This document shows, piece after piece, positions 18,233 to 27,516 of a stretch of DNA of 64,000 bases. The notes under the pieces are model-generated. The model was not told the origin of the DNA and made no database searches. It saw nothing but the letters and a program-made list of their open reading frames with translations. How positions within the stretch are numbered: position 1 is the first letter of the stretch; the number at the start of each line of letters is the position of its first letter. The translations under genes were made by a program, and so were the position numbers. The stretch is from Syntrophomonadaceae bacterium (GTDB lineage Bacteria > Bacillota > Dethiobacteria > SKNC01). The stretch covers positions 891 through 64,890 of the forward strand of contig PWJM01000053.1 in assembly GCA_003560915.1 (NCBI GenBank), in the 5' to 3' direction.

Positions 18233-18361
18233 AGTCACGTTACAGAAAATATGAAGAATGAAGCTGCTAAAAAAATTGGTTTCATAAAATTAAAAACAAG
18301 AACACTGAAGATGATAAAAATAGCAGCTCAATCTATTGCAGTACTATTGCAGTACATTTAA
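18233..18361 (+). pseudogene. C-terminal relic of a tyrosine integrase
   Basis: Reads (H)SHVTENMKNEAAKKI, like the Y-x-HV...MK-EAA-KI catalytic tail of phage integrases; points at the tRNA-Pro 3' end. Confidence 0.55.
18333..18354. repeat. 11-bp perfect tandem repeat CTATTGCAGTA x2 (possible integrase arm-type sites)
   Basis: Directly visible, about 70 nt from the tRNA-Pro 3' end. The function is inferred. Confidence 0.6.
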
Positions 18362-18366
18362 TGAAA

Positions 18367-18406
18367 AAAGGGTTTCCGTTTCACTCAGTGTGAATAGGAA
18401 CCCTTT
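18367..18406 (-). terminator. Hairpin terminator downstream of tRNA-Pro
   Basis: On the minus strand AAAGGGTTCC...GGAAACCCTTTTTT with a U-tract. Confidence 0.6.
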
Positions 18407-18423
18407 ATTTATAGATATTATAA

Positions 18424-18500
18424 TGGTCGGAGCGAGAGGATTTGAACCTCCGACCTCTTGACCCCCAGTCAAGCGCGCTACCAAGCTGCGCCACGCCCCG
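18424..18500 (-). tRNA. tRNA-Pro(GGG)
   Basis: Reverse complement CGGGGCGTGGCGCAGCTTGGTAGCGCG CTTGA CT-GGG-GG TCAAG...GGTTCAAATCC...GACCA. Confidence 0.95.
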
Positions 18501-18520
18501 ACAAACTAACTACAATAGGT

Positions 18521-18549
18521 AATATAACATATTTAGCTTATGAAATCAA
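18521..18549 (-). promoter_or_regulatory. Sigma-A promoter of tRNA-Pro
   Basis: TTGATT-17 nt-TATATT with an extended TG, about 20 nt upstream of the tRNA. Confidence 0.6.
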
Positions 18550-18621
18550 CCTCTTTCAATCAGGTTTTAATGCAGTTTTGTCTCTTAATATAATTTTTTA
18601 CTCTTCTGCTCAGCTGCAGCA

Positions 18622-21600
18622 CTACCCCATGGATACCTGTCCCCTTGATTTCATGTTTTGTTTGGCTTGGAAAACAAGGCTGTAAATAAATTCGTCCCGG
18701 TTTGAGTTGTCCCTGCCGTCGTAGTAAACCGAGATGATAGGGATGCCGATTTCCCTGCTGAGAACACCCTGCTGCGCTTCCACCACCGAGGCGGGCATAC
18801 ATGTAAAAGGCCCCACAAATATAGCCCCGGCTATCCTTTCACGGCCTGCTAATGCCCCGGTGCGGCCAACCGTCATGGGAGGCTCTCCGGCAGTATGTTC
18901 CGGAATATACTTTATTGAGTGCTTCTTTATCTCAGGAGCGGTAGGCTCTTCCGAGCCGTGCAGCAGTCTTGCCGCAGATTTTTCGAGACGGTGTTCATGT
19001 TGATGTGCCAGCCAATTAACGGCGGCATAGCCCAACTTTTGAAAATAACTAGACGGGCTCCTTTTGAATGCGTAGTCTTTCTTTGCTCTTCGATAGTTTG
19101 CGTACGCTGTGTAGATGAAAAACTCTGTGGCCGGAGCAAGGGAAACCTCTCCCCCGGCTGCTTCTATCTGTTTGATAATATCTTGATTACAGCGGTCATC
19201 AAGACGGACGTAAAATTCTCCTGCCAACATTATCTTCGGACGTAATTGACCATTGCTGCGGGGAATAGAGGCAAATCGATCCGCCGCTTCCTTCAGCAAT
19301 ATCTCCAGTGGCTTCAGATGGCTTCCCGTAAAGAAACTGGACCATTTAAAGCGATGGTGGCGCAGGACAGCATAAACCTGCTCGCAGTATTCATCAAAAA
19401 GCGTTTCTGCTGCACCTTTATGCAGCTCATAGGGCCTTGTTTGATGCAGCATTTTATACAGCATATCTATGGCCAGCATACCGTCATAGACAGCGATAAA
19501 AAATCCATGGCCGAATCTTTTTGCGATATCTGAGCTCTTTAATGCATAAATTCTCTGGTCACCGTAGCCGGCACGGTTAATAATCATGGACTGGGCTGGT
19601 GCGTATAGACCATAGCGGCATGGTCCGCAGGCCCACCCCTGAAAGAAAAGAGCCCTACCTTCTTTGATTTCTTGTGAATTGTTCTCGGCATATTCCAGGT
19701 AATCCTGTACGTTCTGAATAAATGGAAGACATTCCTCACCGTTAGTGTAACGGCGTGCCAGAGTCAGGTCCTTGTCGGTGCTCCGGGGAAGCAGCGCAGA
19801 CTCGATACCATAGTTTTCAAATAAAGACACAAAAACTGCAGGGTGTTTGGTTGAGTTGGGTATAAGAATTTTTTTCAATCCACTGTCAACAGCTGATTTA
19901 GTCTTTGCCGTGAAAAATGGCTTAACGACACTGCTCTTTCGTGAGCGGCAGGTGTTTTTAAACGCTTCCAGCCTGGTAATCATACCAGCGGCCGCGGTAT
20001 GTTCGTCCAGGGTAAGCCGTAAGTACCCGGACACATTGTCCAGAAAATGGCGCAGCATAGAGTTAGGTCCACATCTGAAGGGATCCTGAAGTACCAGGTG
20101 CAGCTGCGGAAGACTGCTTTCCTCTGCCCTTTCGTTAAAAAACTGTGCCGCCAGCGCCGCCGAAAGCATGTGCTGTAATTGAGCGGGGTAAATGTTATCC
20201 ATATGTTCCATCTTCTGTTTCATATACCGTTCAAAATCCACACGAAGGGGATCCAGAAATGTTGATTTATACCTTCCTTCATACCATCCCCGCAGATATT
20301 CCAGGAGAAAATCCTGGGAAAGAGCAACCAGGCCCAGTTTTAGGGCATATGACATCAAGTCCTTGGACACAAAAGAATCATATAAGGTATAGGAGCGTCC
20401 TAAAATGAGGGTAACAATTGCATCGGGATAAGCTCCGAGACCTTCGATAATCCGGCGGCCTTCCTCCTGTATGGCCAGTTGAAATTTTTCCTGGGCACCA
20501 TACCCCTCATCCAGTGCACGCTGGTACGCAGCGTGCGAAAAGTTTTCACCCAGTAGTTTTTTGGCTGCCGGCAGAAGTTGTTCTTTGATACGTGCGGGCC
20601 CCTCACGATAATTCAGCTGTGCATGAAGTACTTTGTCTTCTGGAATATTTAGCGAGTGAACGACAACCCCCCTGATCATCATCAGCAGGGGACAGCTCAA
20701 GGAGCGGGGCCAATCTTCAGCCCAGGGGAGAGGTTCCAGGTCGATAACTTCGGGGATGAATATGTAGTCAGGTTTCTTATTCATCAGCTCCCGGTAGTGT
20801 CCTACTAATACCTCTATGGGATAGCACATCTCGGCAGCAAGATGCATCTTACCCTGTTCCAATATCTCTTCACTGGACTTACCACTAAGTACAACTTTGG
20901 CCCCAAGGGACCTGAAGAAAGCTGCCCAAAACGGGAATAGTTCGTGGTACAGGCCGCTGCAGGCTATCCCTACCTGAATTCCATCGGACAGTGGTTCACC
21001 GGCAGCCTCCCTAAAAATGTCTTCCCTTATTTTCTGGTAATCGGGCAGGTCTCCGGTTTGGTTTTTCTTTTCCAGTCCTGAAAAGCGGCCACAGCGGTCC
21101 CCGTAAATAAACTTTGAACCGTCGATAAATCGAATCATGTCAAGCTGGCAGTTATGCTCGTGGCGGCATTGCGCCCGGCAGGCTTTCTTTTCAATTGTAT
21201 ATTCGTTCAGATGATCCAAACCTCGTAACGTTTTTGTAGGCTGTCCCTCTTCAATGTGAAATGTCCTTGCCATCAGTGCGGCTCCCAGGGCTCCTGTGAG
21301 CTCAGGGTGTGCCGGGATAAATACTTCTCTGCCGCACTCGGCAGCAAAAGCAGCGGCAAGGGCATGATTTTTGGCGGTTGCGCCGGTAAAGACCAGCTTG
21401 CCCTCGAGAGGCCTGTTTTCTACAGTTTTACTCAAATAATTACGGGCAGAAGAGTATGCTAAACTGGCTAGCTGCGCTTCCAGGGGCAGGCCACGGGAAG
21501 CAGCGGAAACCAGGGTTGACTGTGAAAGCAGGGTACAGGTATTCCCCAGGTCGATAGCATAGTCCGCCCGGAAAGCTTTTTCTGAAAATTCATCTTTTAT

Positions 21601-22983
21601 TTTAACGCATTGAAGCTCAGCCAGATTTTCAAGGAATGTCCCGGTTCCGGCAGCGCAGACTGGGTTCATATTGTAGTCAAAGAGGACGCCATTTTTAATC
21701 TGGACAAATTTTGAATCCTCCCCGCCGATCTCAATAATTGAAAGAGTCTCGTCCCCGTACAGCGTCTTCACTCCTTCAGCCTGGCAGGTAATCTCATCAA
21801 CGGCGTACTCCCCGTTAAGAATCTTTTGGGCCAAAAAGCGACCCGATCCGGTGGTACATACTACTATGGGAGGCTTCTCCCGAAGAAAGTTCCCGTACTG
21901 CTCTTCCACCTGCTTAATCAACTCCAGCACCTGAAGTGCAGGGCGCCCGGAGGTTGGCAGGTAAACTCCGCCAATAAAACGGCCTCTGCCATCCAAAAGG
22001 GCACACTTCGTGGATACCGAGCCGCAGTCCACTCCCAGATAAACGGTGGAAAGATCATAAGATATTTCCGAATCTAAGTCATTGCTGTAAAAGACCTTGT
22101 CCGGGTTAAGAGGTGGCAGCGGGTTTTCTGGAACGTATTTTTCTAAAACCAACCTCTCCAGGTTAAGAGCGGATAACGGTATTTCTACTCCGTATTGCGC
22201 TGCCCCCAGCGCATTAATATATTCATGATCAGGAGGAACAACTATTTCTATGGCGTGCTCCCGGCAGTATGCCTTAAGATACTTGAAAATTGCTTTGTTG
22301 TTGGCTACGCCGCCAACCATAACCAGGTCGCCAGGTCCGTTGATCCTGCTTTGAGCAACCCCCGTCACCACCAGATCAACAAGGGCTTTGGCCATACCTG
22401 CGGCAACAGCCATTTGTGAAGCCCCTCCATTAATAGCATGGGTCATATCAGACTTTGCAAAAACAGCACACCGTCCTGATATCTTTACTGATGAGCTGGA
22501 TTCGGCAGCAACTTCCGCCAACTCCCGGTCATTATAGCCCATCCGGGTAGCCTGCTGGTACCAAAAAGAGCCGCTGCCCGCAGCACACTGACCGTTATGG
22601 TTAAAAAAAGTGACAGCTCCTTTGTTGTCAAGCTCCAGATAATACATGTTTTCATGTCCCAGAGATAGCACTGTTTCCGCTTTAATTAAACGAAAAGCCA
22701 ATCCGGCCTGCAGCGATTCAATTTCGAGAATCGGACTAATACCGATTTTCCCGGCCACCAGCCTGGCGTTGTTACCAGTAAGAGCAAAACGCACAGTGGG
22801 AGTAATAACCTTCTTTAATAAAAGATTTAGACATTCTCTGGAAGCTGCGGCAGGATTCCCGGCGGTAAGGCGGTAAACCTTTTCTGTCCGGTCACCGTCT
22901 ATCAGAACACCCTTTACAGCATAAACACCAATATCAAGCCCAATACGGGGTGTAGTTTTCGTTTGTTTTGACAGAGAGTTTAT
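18622..22983 (-). CDS. Large 2-hydroxyacyl-CoA dehydratase activator-like protein (two BadF/BadG/BcrA/BcrD ATPase modules plus DUF2229-like/dehydratase-like regions)
   Basis: IGLDIG...CAAGSG...RCAVFAKSD and LGVDCGSVSTK...DEITCQ...IGGEDSK...CAAGTG; later CYP, CGP and PFTCMP. The frame is open 63 codons upstream of the track GTG. Confidence 0.85.
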   Translation of the reverse strand: MNSLSKQTKTTPRIGLDIGVYAVKGVLIDGDRTEKVYRLTAGNPAAASRECLNLLLKKVITPTVRFALTGNNARLVAGKIGISPILEIESLQAGLAFRLIKAETVLSLGHENMYYLELDNKGAVTFFNHNGQCAAGSGSFWYQQATRMGYNDRELAEVAAESSSSVKISGRCAVFAKSDMTHAINGGASQMAVAAGMAKALVDLVVTGVAQSRINGPGDLVMVGGVANNKAIFKYLKAYCREHAIEIVVPPDHEYINALGAAQYGVEIPLSALNLERLVLEKYVPENPLPPLNPDKVFYSNDLDSEISYDLSTVYLGVDCGSVSTKCALLDGRGRFIGGVYLPTSGRPALQVLELIKQVEEQYGNFLREKPPIVVCTTGSGRFLAQKILNGEYAVDEITCQAEGVKTLYGDETLSIIEIGGEDSKFVQIKNGVLFDYNMNPVCAAGTGTFLENLAELQCVKIKDEFSEKAFRADYAIDLGNTCTLLSQSTLVSAASRGLPLEAQLASLAYSSARNYLSKTVENRPLEGKLVFTGATAKNHALAAAFAAECGREVFIPAHPELTGALGAALMARTFHIEEGQPTKTLRGLDHLNEYTIEKKACRAQCRHEHNCQLDMIRFIDGSKFIYGDRCGRFSGLEKKNQTGDLPDYQKIREDIFREAAGEPLSDGIQVGIACSGLYHELFPFWAAFFRSLGAKVVLSGKSSEEILEQGKMHLAAEMCYPIEVLVGHYRELMNKKPDYIFIPEVIDLEPLPWAEDWPRSLSCPLLMMIRGVVVHSLNIPEDKVLHAQLNYREGPARIKEQLLPAAKKLLGENFSHAAYQRALDEGYGAQEKFQLAIQEEGRRIIEGLGAYPDAIVTLILGRSYTLYDSFVSKDLMSYALKLGLVALSQDFLLEYLRGWYEGRYKSTFLDPLRVDFERYMKQKMEHMDNIYPAQLQHMLSAALAAQFFNERAEESSLPQLHLVLQDPFRCGPNSMLRHFLDNVSGYLRLTLDEHTAAAGMITRLEAFKNTCRSRKSSVVKPFFTAKTKSAVDSGLKKILIPNSTKHPAVFVSLFENYGIESALLPRSTDKDLTLARRYTNGEECLPFIQNVQDYLEYAENNSQEIKEGRALFFQGWACGPCRYGLYAPAQSMIINRAGYGDQRIYALKSSDIAKRFGHGFFIAVYDGMLAIDMLYKMLHQTRPYELHKGAAETLFDEYCEQVYAVLRHHRFKWSSFFTGSHLKPLEILLKEAADRFASIPRSNGQLRPKIMLAGEFYVRLDDRCNQDIIKQIEAAGGEVSLAPATEFFIYTAYANYRRAKKDYAFKRSPSSYFQKLGYAAVNWLAHQHEHRLEKSAARLLHGSEEPTAPEIKKHSIKYIPEHTAGEPPMTVGRTGALAGRERIAGAIFVGPFTCMPASVVEAQQGVLSREIGIPIISVYYDGRDNSNRDEFIYSLVFQAKQNMKSRGQVSMG

Positions 22984-23173
22984 GAGAGTTCACCTCTTAA
23001 AAATTTTTTTATATGTATTAAAGTATTACCAGTACTCCACTTCAAGTTAATTCACCTTCATTTCGGATTAACTTAAGAAGAATCAAGTAATATCTTATGT
23101 ATTATACCATTTCCTTCATCACCTTGCCATAAATTAGAACATTATTTTTATGGATTTTTTGTTAGTTAAAATC

Positions 23174-23203
23174 TAAAACAGCCCGTAAATACGGACTGTT
23201 TTA
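23174..23203 (-). terminator. Intrinsic terminator after the hypothetical gene
   Basis: TAAAACAGCCCGT-AAAT-ACGGACTGTTTTA. Confidence 0.6.
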
Positions 23204-23270
23204 AATTAACTTCAATATGATTAAAAATATAACGAAAAGCGGGCTCAAGTTTCTCTCTTTTTCCGTACCT

Positions 23271-23684
23271 TTAACTAACAATCAGATATTCAAAAATAGA
23301 TTCCATCAAGGGACAGTTAATTTCAGTAAATTCGTCTTTTTTAACTGGTTCAATTAACTTTGAATTACGATATCTAACCATATAAAAACCTGCACTCACA
23401 AATACTTTTACAGATTTATTGGTTTTACTAAGATATCCGTCTATGCACATCTGCTTTTCAAATATTACTTCTCTCTCTTTTTCATTAAAATAAACTTTAA
23501 TATATAAGTTGCTTGGAAACTTTATCAAATCCCCTGGTGTATATTTAATTTCCGACTCTACCCCGACTTTTCTTAATATATCATTCATCTCTTCGATGAC
23601 TCTAAATATAATCTCTTTTACTTTTTTTGTATCAATTTCTGCCTGAATTAAGGTAAGCGCATACCTTTTCTTCCAGTCTACCAT
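23271..23684 (-). CDS. Hypothetical protein (AT-rich)
   Basis: 137-aa ORF with SD GAAGGGGG; no family recognised. Confidence 0.65.
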   Translation of the reverse strand: MVDWKKRYALTLIQAEIDTKKVKEIIFRVIEEMNDILRKVGVESEIKYTPGDLIKFPSNLYIKVYFNEKEREVIFEKQMCIDGYLSKTNKSVKVFVSAGFYMVRYRNSKLIEPVKKDEFTEINCPLMESIFEYLIVS

Positions 23685-23857
23685 TTATTATACCCCCTTC
23701 ATTCTTGGCTGCCGCGAGCAAAGTTGTTAGCTGCTCAACCAAATAAATTTATTCGACATTTAGGGTTCCATTCCCTTTTTTGGGTTTAATTTTTATTTTG
23801 AAAAATAAAACACTTTTTTGGTATAAGAGTGGATTAATTAGTTATATTAATATTTTT

Positions 23858-24973
23858 TTACAGAGTGGAACGATATAGTTCTTCATACTGAGGTATAATT
23901 ATGGAAGTATCAAACTTTTTTAGTGCCCTTTCTCGGGAGTAATGAGAAAAACGGTGACAAACTTCAGGCCGTGTTAATATCTCCAGACACCCCTGCGCCA
24001 TTCCCTCCACATCCCCTACCGGGTAAAGAAGGCCCGTATCACCGTGTTTCACCAATTCAGGTATTCCACCGGTTCGGGAAGCTACCACAGGAACCCCGCA
24101 GGACATAGCCTCCAGGGCTGCCAATCCGAAACTCTCTTTTTCTGAGGGCATTAAAAATATGTCCGCACCCTGGAGAACCTCCAGGATATCGTCATGATTC
24201 CCTAAGAAGTGAACCCGATTCTTTATACCCAGTTTTTCGGTCAGGAGGGAAGCTTCGTGCCGGTCCGGACCGTCTCCTACCAGCACTAATCGGGAAGGCA
24301 CGTTTTGTTGAACTCGGTGGAATATATTGATGACATCAAATATTCTTTTTACAGGACGAAAATTAGAAATATGGAGAAGTATTTTCTCCTCCCCTTTTCT
24401 ATAGTGAAGAAGACAGCGATTCTTTTCCCCCGGTATATATAGGGCAGTATCCACAAAATTATAAATAACCTGGGGTTCACTGCACTCGGGGAAAAACTCG
24501 ACGGTTTGCTCCTTTAAGCTGTGGGATACCGCCGTTACCGTATCGCTTTGATTAATGCTGAAGGCGGTAATCTCCCTAAAAGAGGGGTCGCTGCCTACAA
24601 GGGTAATGTCTGTACCATGAAGGGTAGTCACTACCTTTAGACTTTCTCCCCCCACAATTTGCCGGGCCAGGTAGGCGCAAAGAGAATGGGGAATGGCATA
24701 ATGAGCATGGAGAATATTCAGGCCAACTTCACGGCTTATAGAAACAATTTTGTTGACCAGGGCCAGAACATAAGGGTTGTGTTGAAAAAGAGGATAATCC
24801 AGGGCACCTACTTCATGGAAAAAAATATTATGGTGATATGCCTGAAGGCGAAAGGGTTTCTGGTAACTAATAAAATGTATTTCATACCCTTTGTTCGCCA
24901 GGTATTTCCCTAATTCTGTGGCCACCACACCGCTGCCACCATGGGTAGGGTAACAGAGCATTCCTATTTTCAC
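23858..24973 (-). CDS. bshA: N-acetyl-alpha-D-glucosaminyl L-malate synthase
   Basis: [55 protein letters not shown]. Confidence 0.96.
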   Translation of the reverse strand: MKIGMLCYPTHGGSGVVATELGKYLANKGYEIHFISYQKPFRLQAYHHNIFFHEVGALDYPLFQHNPYVLALVNKIVSISREVGLNILHAHYAIPHSLCAYLARQIVGGESLKVVTTLHGTDITLVGSDPSFREITAFSINQSDTVTAVSHSLKEQTVEFFPECSEPQVIYNFVDTALYIPGEKNRCLLHYRKGEEKILLHISNFRPVKRIFDVINIFHRVQQNVPSRLVLVGDGPDRHEASLLTEKLGIKNRVHFLGNHDDILEVLQGADIFLMPSEKESFGLAALEAMSCGVPVVASRTGGIPELVKHGDTGLLYPVGDVEGMAQGCLEILTRPEVCHRFSHYSRERALKKFDTSIIIPQYEELYRSTL

Positions 24974-24974
24974 C

Positions 24975-25679
24975 TTATTCCCCTCCCAGTGAAAACAAAT
25001 TATTCAAAAAAAGTTTTCCTTCGGGAACCAAACCTTCAGCATAAGGTACCCTGATTAAGGAACCAAAAAACTGATCACGACTCTTTAAATACTGTATAAA
25101 TACAGGAGAATTGACCATGGTTTCCACTCTAACCTCCGAAGGAAGTGAAAACTGGCTTTTGTGACAGGCAATGGCTTTCCATTTTATATCCACCTGGCTG
25201 CTGATATCGATCAGCAGAGTAGGATCGGCGGTTTTACCCAAAAAATAATAAAATAGTTGGGTAGGGCGATAGGGCTTTCCTTCTATAGGATATTTCAATA
25301 AACCTGAAAGATGGCAGGCTTCCTTGACCAGCAGAGAAGCATTTATGTGATCGGGATGGTTGTCATCAAAATATGGGCACAGAACGATTTTTGGCCTGTA
25401 TTTCCTAATTAATTGAATTACCTTTTCCCGGGAATCTCCATCATTTTTTATAAAAGCATCAGGTAGATTGGCGCATTCCCTTACCTCTGCCCCCAACACT
25501 CTGGCTGCTTTTTCCCCCTCCAACATTCTCTCCTCAGGATTGCCGTGACTGGCCTTTTCCCCTTTTGAAAGGTCAACAATTCCACAGCGGTACCCCTTTG
25601 CGGTATGAACAGCAATGGTTCCCCCAATTCCGATTTCTACATCATCAGGATGAGCTCCGAAAGCTAATATATCCAGCAT
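24975..25679 (-). CDS. bshB1: GlcNAc-malate deacetylase
   Basis: AFGAHPDDVEIG, DNHPDH, AEG motifs; lies between bshC and bshA. Confidence 0.93.
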   Translation of the reverse strand: MLDILAFGAHPDDVEIGIGGTIAVHTAKGYRCGIVDLSKGEKASHGNPEERMLEGEKAARVLGAEVRECANLPDAFIKNDGDSREKVIQLIRKYRPKIVLCPYFDDNHPDHINASLLVKEACHLSGLLKYPIEGKPYRPTQLFYYFLGKTADPTLLIDISSQVDIKWKAIACHKSQFSLPSEVRVETMVNSPVFIQYLKSRDQFFGSLIRVPYAEGLVPEGKLFLNNLFSLGGE

Positions 25680-25702
25680 ATTTTCACCCCATTAATATTC
25701 AT

Positions 25703-27319
25703 TTACCTCCAACGATGGAAATGGTGGCCCTCTTCCAAGGGGAATCCTTCAAAAAGTCTTTCCCAAAAAGTGGGCCCATATTTAATTAAATATGGAAAAA
25801 TATTATAAACTCTTTCTTGAAGCTGATTTACCGGATGACAGGAACTCTCCAGCTTATAAAAATGCCCCAGGGCAACTTTATGTTTTTCCTGTAAAACCTC
25901 TTCCGCTTTTTCCCGGAGATAAGCTATATCTTTCAGGACAATTTTTCGGTTAGTATCCGTCAGGTCTCCCAGCTGACTGCTTATATGGTTTAGTTCTGCC
26001 TTGATTTTACCATATTCCTTCTCCACTGTTTTCTCCAAAGATTCAAACAACCTGGAAACACTTGTCTCCTCTTTTTCTTCCAAGTAATGTAACCGGGCAC
26101 CATTGATATTAAATAATTCTTTCTCCGTTAAAGAATATTTTCTCATGTAACGATCCATTCTGGGCTCTAACAGGGTAACCGAGGGCCGAGGATAAAGAAT
26201 CGGGGGTTTTAAATCAAAAAATCTGTAAAGCGGTATCAGCTGGCCAAAATAAGAGACTTCACCGGGGCCACAAACCTGCATTAGTGTAGGTAGAAGTATT
26301 TCCTGCATCAGCGGCCTGGTAATTACATTAGGGCTGAACAGTTCCGGGTGCGTTTTTATTTCCTCCGCAATGTCCTGAATCGTGCCCAGGTCCTCTCCCT
26401 GCCGGGTGACCACACGGCCGTTTTTCTCAAAAAGAGCTGCCCTTCCTTTTTGCCGTAGGGCAAACAGGTAGAGATGCCCATCCTCTCTCTTAACCTGAAG
26501 GTGATAACCCAATGTTTGAATTACCTGTTCCCTCTCAACCAAAAGATCGTCCATAGACTCCCTATGTAAACAAAAAGAGGAAAGCAGGGAACCAGAGTTT
26601 TTTCTAATCCCCTTAAGAAGCGGATTAAAAAGAACCAGTCCCTGTTTCCGGAAAAGCCAGGCCATAAGCCGTCCAAACCATTTGGTGAGACTGTTGCTTT
26701 TCTCAGCACTCTCCCGAAACAACTGTAACAGTGGCTCTTTAAATTCTGTGGAAGGGGTGTGCCCCTCCAGCTGCTCTATAAACTGTAAAAAACTGGGCAA
26801 ATCTACCGGCACATATTCTATGGGAAAGTGCCCATTTTCACCGGACAGAGTTATTTCTTCCACCCCTCCGTCCATATCCTGAAGGTGAATATGATTCACC
26901 TCTCTAAAATCATGATCTTCCGAAGCAATCCAAAATACGGGTACCGCAGGAATCCCCTTGCTGCTGAGCTGCTCTGCCAGCTTCACCGCGGTGATTGCCT
27001 TGTAAATTGTATAGAGAGGACCGGTAAAAACACCAGCCTGCTGGCCTGCGGCTACTACAACCGTTTTAGAATCTCTCAACTTATCAATATTTTGTAAAGT
27101 TTCAGAAGAAGCCTCCAGTGACATATTGTAAGCCTTTAGTTCATGGACTAGAGATTCCCGATTTTCCCCAGGAAAGTGGTTCCCCAGCCATGAATACTTG
27201 TCCTGTATATCTTCGAAATTCTTATAATGTCCAAAATATAAATCTTTAATTCCTTCTACTCCGTCCCGATAATCTAAAAAGAGACGGGGATAGTAAAGTT
27301 CTTCCTGTTCTCGCTTCAT
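25703..27319 (-). CDS. bshC: Bacillithiol cysteine-adding enzyme
   Basis: GQQAGVFTGPLYTIYKA, WIASEDHDFRE, SPNVITRP, GPGEVSYF, LQER. Confidence 0.95.
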   Translation of the reverse strand: MKREQEELYYPRLFLDYRDGVEGIKDLYFGHYKNFEDIQDKYSWLGNHFPGENRESLVHELKAYNMSLEASSETLQNIDKLRDSKTVVVAAGQQAGVFTGPLYTIYKAITAVKLAEQLSSKGIPAVPVFWIASEDHDFREVNHIHLQDMDGGVEEITLSGENGHFPIEYVPVDLPSFLQFIEQLEGHTPSTEFKEPLLQLFRESAEKSNSLTKWFGRLMAWLFRKQGLVLFNPLLKGIRKNSGSLLSSFCLHRESMDDLLVEREQVIQTLGYHLQVKREDGHLYLFALRQKGRAALFEKNGRVVTRQGEDLGTIQDIAEEIKTHPELFSPNVITRPLMQEILLPTLMQVCGPGEVSYFGQLIPLYRFFDLKPPILYPRPSVTLLEPRMDRYMRKYSLTEKELFNINGARLHYLEEKEETSVSRLFESLEKTVEKEYGKIKAELNHISSQLGDLTDTNRKIVLKDIAYLREKAEEVLQEKHKVALGHFYKLESSCHPVNQLQERVYNIFPYLIKYGPTFWERLFEGFPLEEGHHFHRWR

Positions 27320-27516
27320 TTTATCCTACCCTTCGTCAAACTATCCGGAGCAATTTCATTAGCTTCCAGAGACATTGTCATCCTTCAATAATGGTGCAAA
27401 GTTATTTGTGTATGTATAGTTTAATTCTACCAGTAATGATATGAAAAATAAAGTACCCTAAAAATTCATCAAAAAAAGGGTTATAATAAGTTCAATAGTT
27501 AAAGGAGGAAGAAAAC

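Noticed and set aside
27316-27381. 19-21-codon upstream ORF (MTMSLEANEIAPDSLTKGRIK) whose TGA overlaps the bshC ATG
   Set aside because: Short ORFs with ATGA overlaps arise by chance, bshC has its own SD, and the peptide has no regulatory codon bias.
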